Below are positions 29,467 through 40,700 of a stretch of 64,000 nucleotides of DNA, piece by piece. The stretch's first letter is position 1. Each line of letters begins with the position of its first letter. Source of the stretch: Coleofasciculus sp. B1-GNL1-01 (GTDB lineage Bacteria; Cyanobacteriota; Cyanobacteriia; Cyanobacteriales; Coleofasciculaceae); NCBI GenBank assembly GCA_040220235.1, contig JAVJTO010000118.1; one strand, 5' to 3'. The notes under the pieces were generated by a model. The model did no database searches. It saw only the letters and a program-made list of their open reading frames with translations, and had not been told where the DNA came from. The translations under genes and the position numbers were made by a program.

Positions 29467-30423
29467 GTGAATCATGAAACTCTAACAATTGGTGGGATTA
29501 CGGTTGCGCCTGGAGAACGGAAGCGCACAGAAATTCCGGTTGCCCGCTTACCTACGCAAACGCTGCTTTCATTACCGATTACTGTGATTAATGGTGTGCA
29601 GGCGGGTCCACGATTGTGGATGAGTGCGGCGATTCATGGGGATGAAATTAATGGGGTGGAAATTATTCGCCAAGTCTTAGAACGGATTAATCCGTCTCAA
29701 CTTCATGGTGTCCTGATTGCGGTGCCAATTGTTAATGTTTTTGGCTTTATTGAACAATCCCGTTATTTACCCGATCGCAGAGATTTAAATCGTTCCTTTC
29801 CTGGTTCCCCCCGTGGTTCTCTAGCCTCTCGTTTGGCAGACTTGTTTATGACTGAAGTAGTGAGTCGCTGTACCCATGGGATTGACTTGCATACGGCGGC
29901 TCAACATCGCACAAATTTACCCCAAATTCGGGCGAATTTGGATGACTCAGAAACCTATTCCTGTGCTAAAGCCTTTGCTGCACCCCTGCTGATGCATTCA
30001 ACGGTACGGGATGGATCATTGCGTCAAGCGGTAACCAAGCGAGGTATCCCGATTCTCTTGTATGAGGGGGGTGAGGCGTTGCGATTTGATCCGGATGCGA
30101 TCGCAATCGGTGTAGAGGGTATCCTCCGGATGATGGTGGGGTTAAAGATGATTGAGTTGACGTTCTCTGAGTCTTTGCACCCATCACTAGAAGTTAAGCA
30201 AAGTAAGTGGGTACGAGCGCCTCGGAGTGGGATTTTGCGCCTCACTGTTAAATTGGGTCAGCGCGTTGACAAAAAGCAAATTTTATGCATTATTTCCGAT
30301 GCCTTTGGTGAGAATAGCATTAAAGCGTATGCACCCTTTGATGGTTTAGTGATTGGTCACACGCAGAATCCGTTGGTGAATCAGGGGGATGGGATTTTGC
30401 ATTTAGCGGTTTTGAGGGATTAG
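29467..30423 (+). CDS. Succinylglutamate desuccinylase/aspartoacylase family (M14-like) deacylase
   Basis: AAIHGDEING, DLNRSFPG, IDLHT and YEGGE motifs. Confidence 0.88.
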   Translation: MNHETLTIGGITVAPGERKRTEIPVARLPTQTLLSLPITVINGVQAGPRLWMSAAIHGDEINGVEIIRQVLERINPSQLHGVLIAVPIVNVFGFIEQSRYLPDRRDLNRSFPGSPRGSLASRLADLFMTEVVSRCTHGIDLHTAAQHRTNLPQIRANLDDSETYSCAKAFAAPLLMHSTVRDGSLRQAVTKRGIPILLYEGGEALRFDPDAIAIGVEGILRMMVGLKMIELTFSESLHPSLEVKQSKWVRAPRSGILRLTVKLGQRVDKKQILCIISDAFGENSIKAYAPFDGLVIGHTQNPLVNQGDGILHLAVLRD

Positions 30424-30597
30424 GGGGCAGGGAACACCTCGGCTTCGCTCGGTTTGTCTTAGGCAATAGGCAATAGGCAATAAAAGATGACACAACTCAT
30501 TTAAAACCGTTACATTATAAATTGTTTTAGCGTTTTTTAGATTTTTGTTGCTAGAGGAAAAATTAAGCCGAACACTGGGATAAAATTCAGTTGGTCT

Positions 30598-33500
30598 GTG
30601 CCAGGAACAATCAACCTGATGAAATCTACTCAGTGGTGCAAAATCTGCCTGTTAACTCTCTTAGCTGGAACAGTAAGACTGGTAATAGCTGCTCCAGTAT
30701 TGGCTCAATCCATTATCGAAGCCACAGGCGTTAACAGTACTGGAACAACTGTTATTCAAAATGGCGATAACTTTGATATTCAAGGTGGCAGTTTGTCAAA
30801 GGATGGAGCGAATTTATTCCACAGTTTCCAAGAATTTGGCATTGATTCAGATCAAATTGCTAATTTTCTGGCAACGCCGGAACTGAGAAATATTCTGGGA
30901 CGAGTGATTGGCGAAAATCCTTCTATTATTGACGGCTTGATTCAGGTAACCGGGGGAACAGCAAATTTATATTTAATGAATCCGGCGGGAATTATTTTTG
31001 GCGCGAATGCTCAACTGAATGTCCCGGCTGATTTTACCGCAACAACGGCGACAGGAATTGGGTTTGGCAATAACTGGTTTAATGCATTGGGTGATAATAA
31101 TTATCGGGACTTGGTTGGAGAACCCAGTCAATTTGCCTTTGATTTATCCCAACGGGGAATCATTATTAATGCAGGCAAATTAGCAGTTGAACCTGGACGG
31201 GATTTAGCCCTATTGGGTGGACAAGTGGTGAATACAGGAACGTTGACGGCATCTGGGGGAAGGATTGCAATCGCGGCGGTGCCGAATTCTCGTTTGGTGA
31301 AAATCTCTCAATCGGGACAAGTGTTAAGTTTTGAGGTGGAGTTACCGAGGAGTAATGCGGGGTTAATGTTACCGACAAACCCTCTGGATTTAGCCGCGTT
31401 GTTAACAGGTCCAGGGAATACCGTGGAAACTGGGGTCGAGGTAACCCCATCGGCAGAGATACAGACGGATGCTGGGGGAATTATACCGAATCAGGTTGGG
31501 GTTGCGATCGCGTCAGGAAAAGTTGAGTCGGGTACAGGTCATATTTCAATTATCGGTAGGGGTGGAACCGAGGAGAATACGATTTTAGGTATTCCCGGTA
31601 TCCAAATTAGTCAGGGTAGCCGTGTCGAAGCAATTGGACAAGGAACAATTACTCTCAACGGTACAGGAGGAAGCGGGGGAATTTTCAGCGAAGATAATCC
31701 AGGAAATCGGGGAATTTGGATTAAGAATACTACAGTATCTTCCCAAGATGGCACCATTCATTTCATTGGCACTGGGGGTTCTGGGGACAATGGCTTACAT
31801 TATGGTGTTTCTATTGGTAATCAGGGGGGAATTGTCCAGTCAACGGGAACAGGAACGATTATTTTTGAGGGGATTGGCGGGAATGGAGGAGAAGGCACGT
31901 TACATGGTAGTCAAGGGATCAAACTTGACCAAGCGGGTTTAGTTCGTACCCAAGATGGGGATATTCAGCTAATTGGTGAGGGGGGAACTGGTTCAAATCA
32001 ATTTAACCATGGGGTTGAACTGTTTCGCAGTTCTATTGTTGAGGTAACCGGAACAGGAAGTATTACGATTGAGGGAACTGCTGGCGCGGGAATAACAGAA
32101 AATCATGGGATTAGGGTTCAGGAAATAGATTCTAACCAGAGTAATACCTCTCGAATTACCGCCAGGAATGGTGCGATTTCTCTAATTGGTGTGGGTAAGG
32201 GAACAGGAGACAATAACTATGGCATTGATTTAAGAGGGGGTGGTGTGGAGACAACCGTCGGTGGAAATCTAACCCTTGAGGGAATCGGTGCTAATGGTGC
32301 AGCCGGAATTAATGTGCAAGATGGTTTTATTCAAGCCAGAGGAACGGGAGAGAGTACGACAACGTTGATTGCGGATCAAGTTCAGGTGATTGATGATCCG
32401 AATTTCCCGCAAACGCCACAAGTCCAAGGAACAGGAATGGTGGTGTTATCTCCTCTTGACCCGACTGTCGATATAACCATTGGAGATACAACGAATAGTA
32501 ATAGTAATACTTGGAATCTGGATGCCGAGAAACTGAATCTATTCCAAGATGGATTTGAGCAACTTGTGATTGGTGGGGAAGAGAATCAGGGTACAATTAC
32601 GGTGGCAGATGACATCACCTTTAAGGTTCCAGTAATTTTGCGATCGCCTGTTGGTTCAGGGGCAATTGATACCACAGGCTTCACGATAACGGGTACTCAA
32701 GATGCCACGATTACACTGCAAGCGAATCAACGGATTACGACAGGTACAATTATTAATCCAGGTCGGGCAATTACTTTAACCAGTAACGGGTCGATTGATA
32801 CTCGTAGCGGCATCCTCGATAGTCATGCTCAAACTAACAATGGGGGAACGATTAGTTTAAGCGCTGTTCAAGATATTACCACGGGCGATATTAATGCCAG
32901 TTCGGGAAATGGTCAAGGGGCAACGATTACATTAACCAGTCGTGATGGAGAAATTAATACGAATGATCTCAACAGTTCTGGATTCAGTGGCGGTGATATT
33001 TTAATTGATGCGGCGACAGCAATTACAACCGGAAAAATTAATAGTAGTGGTACTATCGGTGATGGTGGTAATGTTACTTTAGACCCTATTGGCGATATCC
33101 AAGTTACCTGGATCAACGCCCAAGGCGGAAATAATGGTCAAGGCGGTCAAGTTGATATCACTGCTGGTCAATTTTTCCGCGCTACGGGAACATTTATTGA
33201 CCGGAATGGGATTAGCGCTAGCATCTCTACGGCTGGAGGATTGGGTGGAGATTCTATCACGTTGAGACATGGTGGAAATGGTGTCATTCCCTTTATCGTG
33301 GGTGATGGGACAACGAATGGAACCAGGGGAACGATTACCAGTGGCGATTTCACGATTTCTCCAACTCAATCTTTTCTATTTACTCATCAGGTGGGCAATA
33401 TTCAAATTATCAGCGTTGATTCTCCACCAATTTTGCCTCCGGAGTCCCCCACTTCAGAAACTAACGCTTCTATCAATCCTGTTAATTTACTCAAACCTCT

Positions 33501-34821
33501 GACTGAACCCACTTTACCTCCCGACAAAGACGAACCGCCGGAAATCGAAATTGACACCCAGGTTGCTAAATGGGAGGAATCGTTAACCCGTGACTATGAA
33601 ACCTATTTAGGACTCCAAGATACTGCCATTTTGACTCTGGCAGATGCCCGGGCAACTTTACATCGTATCGAACAAGCTACAGGGGCTAAACCTGCACTTA
33701 TCTACGCCGTTTTTGTACCCACCACAGTAGCGCCCCAAACTCGCAGCCAAGACAGTCAATCTTCAGCCAAGGAGTCTCCCTCACGAGATAGTGATCAACT
33801 CGAAATTATCCTCGTCACCGCCAATGGAGAACTCATACGCCGCCCTATACCGGGTGCAACCCGCGAAAAAGTAATGGATACTGCCAAAAAATTGCGCCGC
33901 GCCGTTACGGATACTCGCATTCCTCGTCCCTATCAACGTTATGCCCAACAGTTGTATCAGTGGTTAATTGCACCCTTAGAAACAGAATTAAAGACGCAAG
34001 AGATTAATAATCTAGCCTTCATTATGGATCAGGGATTACGTTCCCTACCTCTGGCTGTTTTGCATGATGGGGATAAATTTATCATTGAACAATATAGTAT
34101 CGGTTTCATGCCTAGTCTTTCGCTTACCGATACCCGCTATCGGGATGTGAGAGATGTGCAGGTTTTAGCTATGGGTGCGTCTCAATTTACGGATCAAAAT
34201 CCCTTACCGGCTGTACCTACTGAATTATCCGCGATCGCGACTCAATTATGGCAGGGGAAATCGTTCCTTAATGAAACCTTTACCGCCGCTAATTTGAAAA
34301 CAGCCAGGGCATCTCAACCCTTTGGAATCATCCATTTAGCCACCCATGGTGAATTTAAATCGGGTCAACCCAGTTCTTCTTATATTCAGTTTTGGGATCG
34401 TAAACTCAGACTGAGTGATATCCGCCAATTGGGATTACATGACCCCACGGCTGAACTGATGGTATTAAGTGCTTGTCGGACGGCTTTAGGGAATGAAGAA
34501 GCGGAGTTAGGATTTACGGGATTAGCGGTACAAACTGGGGTTAAATCTGCCCTAGGAAGTTTATGGTATGTCAGTGATGAAGGCACGTTAGCCTTAATGA
34601 CAGGTTTTTATGAACAATTACAGCAATCACCTCTGAAAGCCGAAGCATTACGACAGGCACAATTAGCGATGATTCGCGGACAAGTGCGATTAAAAGATGG
34701 TTACTTGATCACGCCAAATCGTCGAATTGCTTTACCGCCAGCATTAGCTAATTTGTCAAAAAAGGAACTCACTCATCCTTATTATTGGAGTGCGTTTACT
34801 TTAGTTGGAAGTCCGTGGTGA
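30598..34821 (+). CDS. Filamentous haemagglutinin N-terminal domain / beta-helix protein with C-terminal CHAT (caspase-like) domain
   Basis: NLFHSFQEF, LYLMNPAGIIFG; Gly-rich repeats; IIHLATHGEF, VLSACRTA, SLWYVSD and HPYYWSAFTLVGSPW (start may be ATG 30619). Confidence 0.9.
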   Translation: MPGTINLMKSTQWCKICLLTLLAGTVRLVIAAPVLAQSIIEATGVNSTGTTVIQNGDNFDIQGGSLSKDGANLFHSFQEFGIDSDQIANFLATPELRNILGRVIGENPSIIDGLIQVTGGTANLYLMNPAGIIFGANAQLNVPADFTATTATGIGFGNNWFNALGDNNYRDLVGEPSQFAFDLSQRGIIINAGKLAVEPGRDLALLGGQVVNTGTLTASGGRIAIAAVPNSRLVKISQSGQVLSFEVELPRSNAGLMLPTNPLDLAALLTGPGNTVETGVEVTPSAEIQTDAGGIIPNQVGVAIASGKVESGTGHISIIGRGGTEENTILGIPGIQISQGSRVEAIGQGTITLNGTGGSGGIFSEDNPGNRGIWIKNTTVSSQDGTIHFIGTGGSGDNGLHYGVSIGNQGGIVQSTGTGTIIFEGIGGNGGEGTLHGSQGIKLDQAGLVRTQDGDIQLIGEGGTGSNQFNHGVELFRSSIVEVTGTGSITIEGTAGAGITENHGIRVQEIDSNQSNTSRITARNGAISLIGVGKGTGDNNYGIDLRGGGVETTVGGNLTLEGIGANGAAGINVQDGFIQARGTGESTTTLIADQVQVIDDPNFPQTPQVQGTGMVVLSPLDPTVDITIGDTTNSNSNTWNLDAEKLNLFQDGFEQLVIGGEENQGTITVADDITFKVPVILRSPVGSGAIDTTGFTITGTQDATITLQANQRITTGTIINPGRAITLTSNGSIDTRSGILDSHAQTNNGGTISLSAVQDITTGDINASSGNGQGATITLTSRDGEINTNDLNSSGFSGGDILIDAATAITTGKINSSGTIGDGGNVTLDPIGDIQVTWINAQGGNNGQGGQVDITAGQFFRATGTFIDRNGISASISTAGGLGGDSITLRHGGNGVIPFIVGDGTTNGTRGTITSGDFTISPTQSFLFTHQVGNIQIISVDSPPILPPESPTSETNASINPVNLLKPLTEPTLPPDKDEPPEIEIDTQVAKWEESLTRDYETYLGLQDTAILTLADARATLHRIEQATGAKPALIYAVFVPTTVAPQTRSQDSQSSAKESPSRDSDQLEIILVTANGELIRRPIPGATREKVMDTAKKLRRAVTDTRIPRPYQRYAQQLYQWLIAPLETELKTQEINNLAFIMDQGLRSLPLAVLHDGDKFIIEQYSIGFMPSLSLTDTRYRDVRDVQVLAMGASQFTDQNPLPAVPTELSAIATQLWQGKSFLNETFTAANLKTARASQPFGIIHLATHGEFKSGQPSSSYIQFWDRKLRLSDIRQLGLHDPTAELMVLSACRTALGNEEAELGFTGLAVQTGVKSALGSLWYVSDEGTLALMTGFYEQLQQSPLKAEALRQAQLAMIRGQVRLKDGYLITPNRRIALPPALANLSKKELTHPYYWSAFTLVGSPW

Positions 34822-35111
34822 GAGAGTTTTGAACCACCGCTAAGCCCTATTGCTGTCCAATATTATGGCAAATCAAACTAACAATTTAGCACACTAAGTA
34901 TAGCAACCGCCATAGCGGTTAGGACACATCATTTATGTAGAGACGCGCCATGGCGCGTCTCTACAATGGTGCTATTGCCTATTGCCTATTGCCTATTCCC
35001 TGGCGCGTAGCGCTATAACTGCTCTCGACTCGCCCTGCTCGCCCTGCCAAATGTGGTAGTTTCCGATAATTAATTATACGCAATTTAGGGTTACATAGAG
35101 AAAATTAACAC

Positions 35112-35229
35112 TTTATTTTTAGGCAATGGTTTATGTCGATTTTCCTTGGTTTTTCTGATACCTGATGTAGGGCGACCCGATAAAATTTATAGGTCAATTG
35201 TGTTCATTTTTGCAGCGGGTCGCCCCTAC
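35112..35229. repeat. ~120-bp REP-containing dispersed element; inverted copy at 57888-58005
   Basis: TTTAGGCAATGGTT...TAGGGCGACCCG...GCGGGTCGCCCCTAC is nearly the reverse complement of 57888-58005; related hairpins at 11531-11592 and 25118-25180. Confidence 0.75.
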
Positions 35230-35329
35230 CATTCAATAAACGCTTACCTGACAAGGGATTGAGCGATTTAAATTTTTCTTGATATGTCCTAACCTTAATG
35301 CGTAGTGCTATACATAAGAAGAATGACGA

Positions 35330-36631
35330 TTACTCCTCTGGATTAGTAATTAACCGAGTGCCACGATTCCGGGTGAAATAACTCCATGCCCATTGCACCA
35401 TAACGATGATTTTATTATCAAATTCAATTAGGAAAAAGATATGCACAAAAATCCAGCTTAACCACGCCAAAAAGCCGGAGAATTTCACAAATCCGAGATT
35501 CACCACCGCCGCATTGCGTCCAATCACGGCTAAACTACCATAGTCTGTATAGTGAAATTGAGGTAATGTTTCTCCTTTGAGACGTTTTTGGATTAAATTG
35601 GCTACATATTGCCCCTCTTGCATGGCAACGGGGGCGACACCGGGTAAGGGTTTGCCGTCGTCGTATTGGTGGGGGAAATTGGCTAAGTCACCGATGACAA
35701 AAATATTGGCATATCCTGGTACAGTCAGATCAGGATTAACAATTACTCGTCCAGCGCGATCGCACTCTACCCCTGTAGCCTTTGCCAGTACCTCTCCGAT
35801 GGGGGAGGCTTTCATCCCAGCAGCCCAGAGGATCGTTTTTGCGGTAATCTGTTCAGTGCGATCGCCGCTTTTAATCGTCACCTGATCCTCGTCTATATTG
35901 GTAACCAGCGTCTTTGTCTGTACCTGAACCCCTAAATGCTCAAGTTCCGCTTGCGCTTCGGCAGATAATTGGGGTGGATAGGGAGGCAATACTCGATCCA
36001 TTCCTTCTAATAAAATAATCTGAGTTTCTGCGGTATCAATGTGGCGGAAATCCTGGTTTAATGTACTATGAGCCAGTTCTGCTAATGCCCCTGCCAATTC
36101 TACTCCTGTCGGTCCACCGCCGACAATCACAAAGGTTAACCACGCCCGACGTTGATCAGGATCAGCTTCTTTTTCTGCCGTTTCAAATGCCGATAAAATG
36201 CGTCGCCGTATTTCTAACGCATCTTCAATGGTTTTTAATCCAGGTGCTTTCTCTGCCCATTGATCGTTGCCGAAATAGTGATGACTTACACCTGTCGCCA
36301 CAATTAAAGTATCATACTTAATCGTGTTACCATCCTTAAGTTTAATCAAGCAATCCTGAGGATTGATATCGATCACTTCTCCCATTAATACTTGCGTATT
36401 TTTCTGACGCTTCAGTACGGCGCGTAGGGGAGAAGCAATATCGCCAGGAGATAAACCACCTGTAGCCACTTGGTACAACAGAGGCTGAAATAAATGAAAA
36501 TTACGTTTATCAATTAACGTTACTTGAACCGATGCCCTCGCCAGCGATTGGGCGGCATAAAGTCCACCAAACCCACCACCTATAATTACTACATGTTCAG
36601 GGGATTGATTATCAATTGCTGCATTAACCAT
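35330..36631 (-). CDS. ndh: Type II NADH:quinone oxidoreductase (NDH-2)
   Basis: GGGFGG, FQPLLYQVATG, GGGPTGVELAG, IGD and PGVAPVAMQEG motifs. Confidence 0.92.
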   Translation of the reverse strand: MVNAAIDNQSPEHVVIIGGGFGGLYAAQSLARASVQVTLIDKRNFHLFQPLLYQVATGGLSPGDIASPLRAVLKRQKNTQVLMGEVIDINPQDCLIKLKDGNTIKYDTLIVATGVSHHYFGNDQWAEKAPGLKTIEDALEIRRRILSAFETAEKEADPDQRRAWLTFVIVGGGPTGVELAGALAELAHSTLNQDFRHIDTAETQIILLEGMDRVLPPYPPQLSAEAQAELEHLGVQVQTKTLVTNIDEDQVTIKSGDRTEQITAKTILWAAGMKASPIGEVLAKATGVECDRAGRVIVNPDLTVPGYANIFVIGDLANFPHQYDDGKPLPGVAPVAMQEGQYVANLIQKRLKGETLPQFHYTDYGSLAVIGRNAAVVNLGFVKFSGFLAWLSWIFVHIFFLIEFDNKIIVMVQWAWSYFTRNRGTRLITNPEE

Positions 36632-36729
36632 CAGTTATCGTTTCGTTCCTAACTCAGTTGGCAAAATTATAGGTTGTCATTTGTTCCTGGTAAGATATTG
36701 AACCCGTTTTAACGGGTTTAATGCTCTCT

Positions 36730-37395
36730 CTAACGCCGCTTCAACGCTAAAGTTAATCCATCAGCAATCGGGACTAAACTTAAAATAACCTGTTCATCTT
36801 GACTAATGGCTTGGTTAAATGCTCGAATCGCGGCGGTATTTTTATCTTGCATCTGAGGATCAGCAACTCGTCCCCTCCAAAGGACATTATCAATAGCAAT
36901 TAAACCCCCCGGACGAATTAATTGCAGCGATCGCTCATAGTATGCCAGATAATTTACTTTATCAGCATCGATAAACGCAAAATCAAACGTTTCTGCTTGC
37001 CCTGCTGCCAATAATTCATCCAAAGTCTCCAAAGCAGGCGCTAATCGTAAGTCTATTTTATCTGAGACTCCGGCGGCATCCCAGTAACGGCGGGCAATGG
37101 CGGTATAGTCTTCACTCACATCACAGGCGACAATCTTGCCATCCTTGGGTAAGGCTAAGGCGACAGCTAAAGCACTGTAGCCTGTGAATACGCCAATTTC
37201 TAAGGTTTTCTTAGCACCCATAAGCTGAATTAATAATGCCATAAACTGCCCTTGTTCTGGGGCGATTTGCATGGCGCTATCTGGATGGGTGGCGGTTTCT
37301 TGTCGTAATTTTTGCAGGATATCGGGTTCTCGCAAGGATACCGATAATAGGTATTTATACAGTGGAGTATCTAAACCGAGGGTTTTATTAGACAT
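36730..37395 (-). CDS. Caffeoyl-CoA-type O-methyltransferase (Methyltransf_3)
   Basis: MQIAPEQGQF, LEIGVFTGYSAL, FIDADK and IDNVLW motifs; the upstream ORF extension is STRR/MITE DNA, so the start is set at MSNKT. Confidence 0.9.
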   Translation of the reverse strand: MSNKTLGLDTPLYKYLLSVSLREPDILQKLRQETATHPDSAMQIAPEQGQFMALLIQLMGAKKTLEIGVFTGYSALAVALALPKDGKIVACDVSEDYTAIARRYWDAAGVSDKIDLRLAPALETLDELLAAGQAETFDFAFIDADKVNYLAYYERSLQLIRPGGLIAIDNVLWRGRVADPQMQDKNTAAIRAFNQAISQDEQVILSLVPIADGLTLALKRR

Positions 37396-37707
37396 AGGCA
37401 ATAGGGAACAGGGAATAGGGAGCAGGGGAAGCTGGGTTCGTAGTAGGCACTTTAGTGCCAGAAGCGCTTTAGCGCTTACTACAAACTCTAAAGTCAGTGA
37501 CATTCGACTTAAGGGCGTAGCCGCGATCGCAGGATGCAGATATTGATATCTATCCGATCTAACTCTGTTATGTTGACTTTTAGCATATTTTCCAATACAT
37601 GCCAATCTACCTAAGGGTCAAGTCAGGGCGGGTTTAGTTACATTGGGGTGAGATAAGACACAATAGTAGTCAAACCCGCCCCTACACCCTAGCCACTTTA
37701 GCGAGAA

Positions 37708-40700
37708 ATGGAACCACAAACCTACGCCCAACTTCAACAACGAAACCAACTCTTAGAGAATATTTATCAAGGCGTTGCTCATCCGATTATAGTAATTGAT
37801 GTTTTACCGTCTGGTGAATTTCGTGTCGTGGAGATGAATCGAGCATCTGAACGATGGATGGAAAAAAATCTGGCGGAGATGAAAGACAAGTCTCCTGAGC
37901 AAATTTTTCCGGCGGATGAAGCTACCGCTATTTTGGATAATTATACCCGATGCGTTCAAGAGGGACGTGTGATTGTCTATGAAACCTATTGCCAATCTCA
38001 AGATAGTTGGTGGTTAACCACGCTCACACCTTTGTATAATCAAGAGTCGCGGATTTATCGCCTAATTAGTAGTAGCCTGGATATTAGCGAACGCAGAAAA
38101 ACAGAAGTTAACGTCTCTCATTTTTTCAACAAGATATTGATATCTAACCTGAATCAACGCACCATTGATTTACGCCATACCAGTCAAAAACTGGTTCAAG
38201 AAATTCAATATTGTCAGCACGTCAACCGTAAACTCAAAGAAAATGAACAGAACTTGCGCCAAATTGCGGAAACCCTTCGGGAAGTCTTATTTATCCGCAC
38301 TGTTAATCAGATGATTTATGTTAGTCCAGCTTACGAAAAAATCTGGGGACTCTCTTGTGAATCTCTCTATCAACAGCCAGAATCTTGGCAAGATGTGATT
38401 CATCCAGACGATCGCGATCGCATAATTACCGAATGGCAAACTCACGTCTGGGACAAACCCTTTGAACAAGAATATCGGATTATCCAACCCAATGGTGAAC
38501 AGCGTTGGATTTGGGCGCGGACTTTGCCAATTCTCGATGACTTTGGACAAGTTAACCGCAATGTGGGAATTGCTGAAGATATCACCGATCGCAAGCAAGT
38601 TGAGGAACATTTACGTCAAAGCCAAGCCAAACTTGCTGAAGCAGAAGAAATGGCTCATCTGGGTCATTGGCATTATGATATGATGACTCATAAAATTACT
38701 TGGTCAGCCGAAACATTCCGGATTTTTGGTCGAGATCCGGATCACGGTGAACCAACTTATGCACAACTGGTACACCAGATTACTCATCCCGATGACCGCA
38801 AATATTTTACTCAAACCGTTGCCCATAGTATCCAATATAAACAACCCTATAAATTAGACTATCGACTGATTCGTCCCAATGGTTCGATTCGCCACATTTT
38901 CGCTAAAGGGAAACCGATTTTAAACTCAGACAACCAGATAATTGGTGTATTTGGTACAATTCTCGACATCACAAATCTCAAGCAAACTGAATCAGCATTG
39001 CGCCAGAGTGAAGAAACGTTCCGTCAGTTTGCAGAGAATATTCAAGATGTTTTCTGGATGACAAATGTAGAGAAAACCCAAAATATTTATATTAGTCCGG
39101 CTTACGAAACAATTTGGGGTCAACCCTGTGCTTCTTGGTATACTGATTGCCTATCATGGTTGGATACAATTCACCCCGATGATCGCGATCGCATCCGCAG
39201 CGCTATCAACAAAGAGGTATTAGGCGAGTATGATGAAGAGTATCGGATACTACGACCCGATGGAGAAATGCGTTGGATTTGCGATCGCGCTTTTCCCATC
39301 TACAATGAACAAGGTGAAATGTACCGCATTGCTGGAATTGCTCAGGATATCACCGAGCGTAAACAAACAGAACTTGCCTTACAAAAAAGTGAGCAACGAT
39401 TCCGGCAAATTTTTGATCATGCTCCCATTGGCATGTCTCTGATCAACTTTCATACCCATCAGTTTATTCAAGTCAATCCGGCTTATTATCAGACACTGGG
39501 ATATTCGGAATCAGAAATCATGTCGCTTACCTTTGACGATTTTACCCATCCTGATGATCTAGGGCATGATTTACACTACATGGAACAAATTGATCAGAGG
39601 GAAATCGATAGTTTCCGGATGCCGAAACGCTATTTTAAAAAGAATGGTGAGATTGTCTGGGCAAATCTAACCGTTGCGGTGCTGCGCGACTTGATTGGCG
39701 AACCTGTATTTTGTGTTGCCATGATCGAAGATATTAGTCACCAGCAACAGTTACAAGATGAATTAACCCAAAGTGAACAACGATTCCAAACCTCGCTGGA
39801 TAATATATTAGATTGCTTTGGGTTGTATAAACCTATTCGCGATGATTCGGGTCAAATTATTGATTTTGTCATTGAGTATGTCAATGATGCTACTAATCAG
39901 TATCACTGTTTTACTCAACCCGTACAAAGAGGTCAACGAATCTACTCGATTTTGCTTCCTCCTTATCAAGATGAGTTATTCGATGCCTACTGTCAGGTTG
40001 TGGAAACAGGTCAACCATTGGTTAAAGAATTACTCTTCTATGATGATTTATCCCATCCACAAAATTTGAGACAAGCCTTTGATATTCGTGCTGTTCGTTT
40101 CGATGAGGGGTTAGCCATAACCTGGCGCGATATTACCCAACGAAAGCAAGGAGAAGCGCAAATTAAAGCGTCCTTAATCGAAAAAGAAACCTTGCTCAAA
40201 GAAATTCATCATCGAGTCAAGAATAATCTACAAATTATCTCCAGCTTATTGCGCTTACAGGCAAGAAAAATGAAAGCACCCGAAATACTAGAACTCTTGC
40301 AAGAAAGTCAAAATCGCGTGCAAGCAATGGCACTGATTCACGAAAAACTATATCAGTCTGAGAATTTATCCCAGATTAACTTTGGCGCTTATATCCAAAG
40401 TCTGGTTGACTCTCTCTCTCGTTGCTATGGAGCAAGGCAAAAAGGAATTACCTTTAATCTGACAATTGCTCCCGTCTCGCTGTCGATTGATACCGCTATT
40501 CCCTGTGGATTAATTGTTAATGAATTAATATCCAATTCCCTAAAATATGCCTTTCCTGACTCTCGCAATGGTGAAATTAGCATCACTCTCCAGACGAGAG
40601 GAGGAACTAATGAAGGCGAAGGGGAGGATCAGGGAGATAGGGGGAATGTCGCTGACTTAAGCTGGGTTCGTAGTACGCACTTTAGTGCCATAAGCGCTGA

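Noticed and set aside
30598..34821. CHAT protein as a CRISPR-linked caspase (Craspase-like)
   Set aside because: It is a secreted FHA-CHAT architecture common in cyanobacteria and is separated from the cas locus by housekeeping genes
37396..37605. Long N-terminal extension of the O-methyltransferase
   Set aside because: Consists of STRR and MITE sequence
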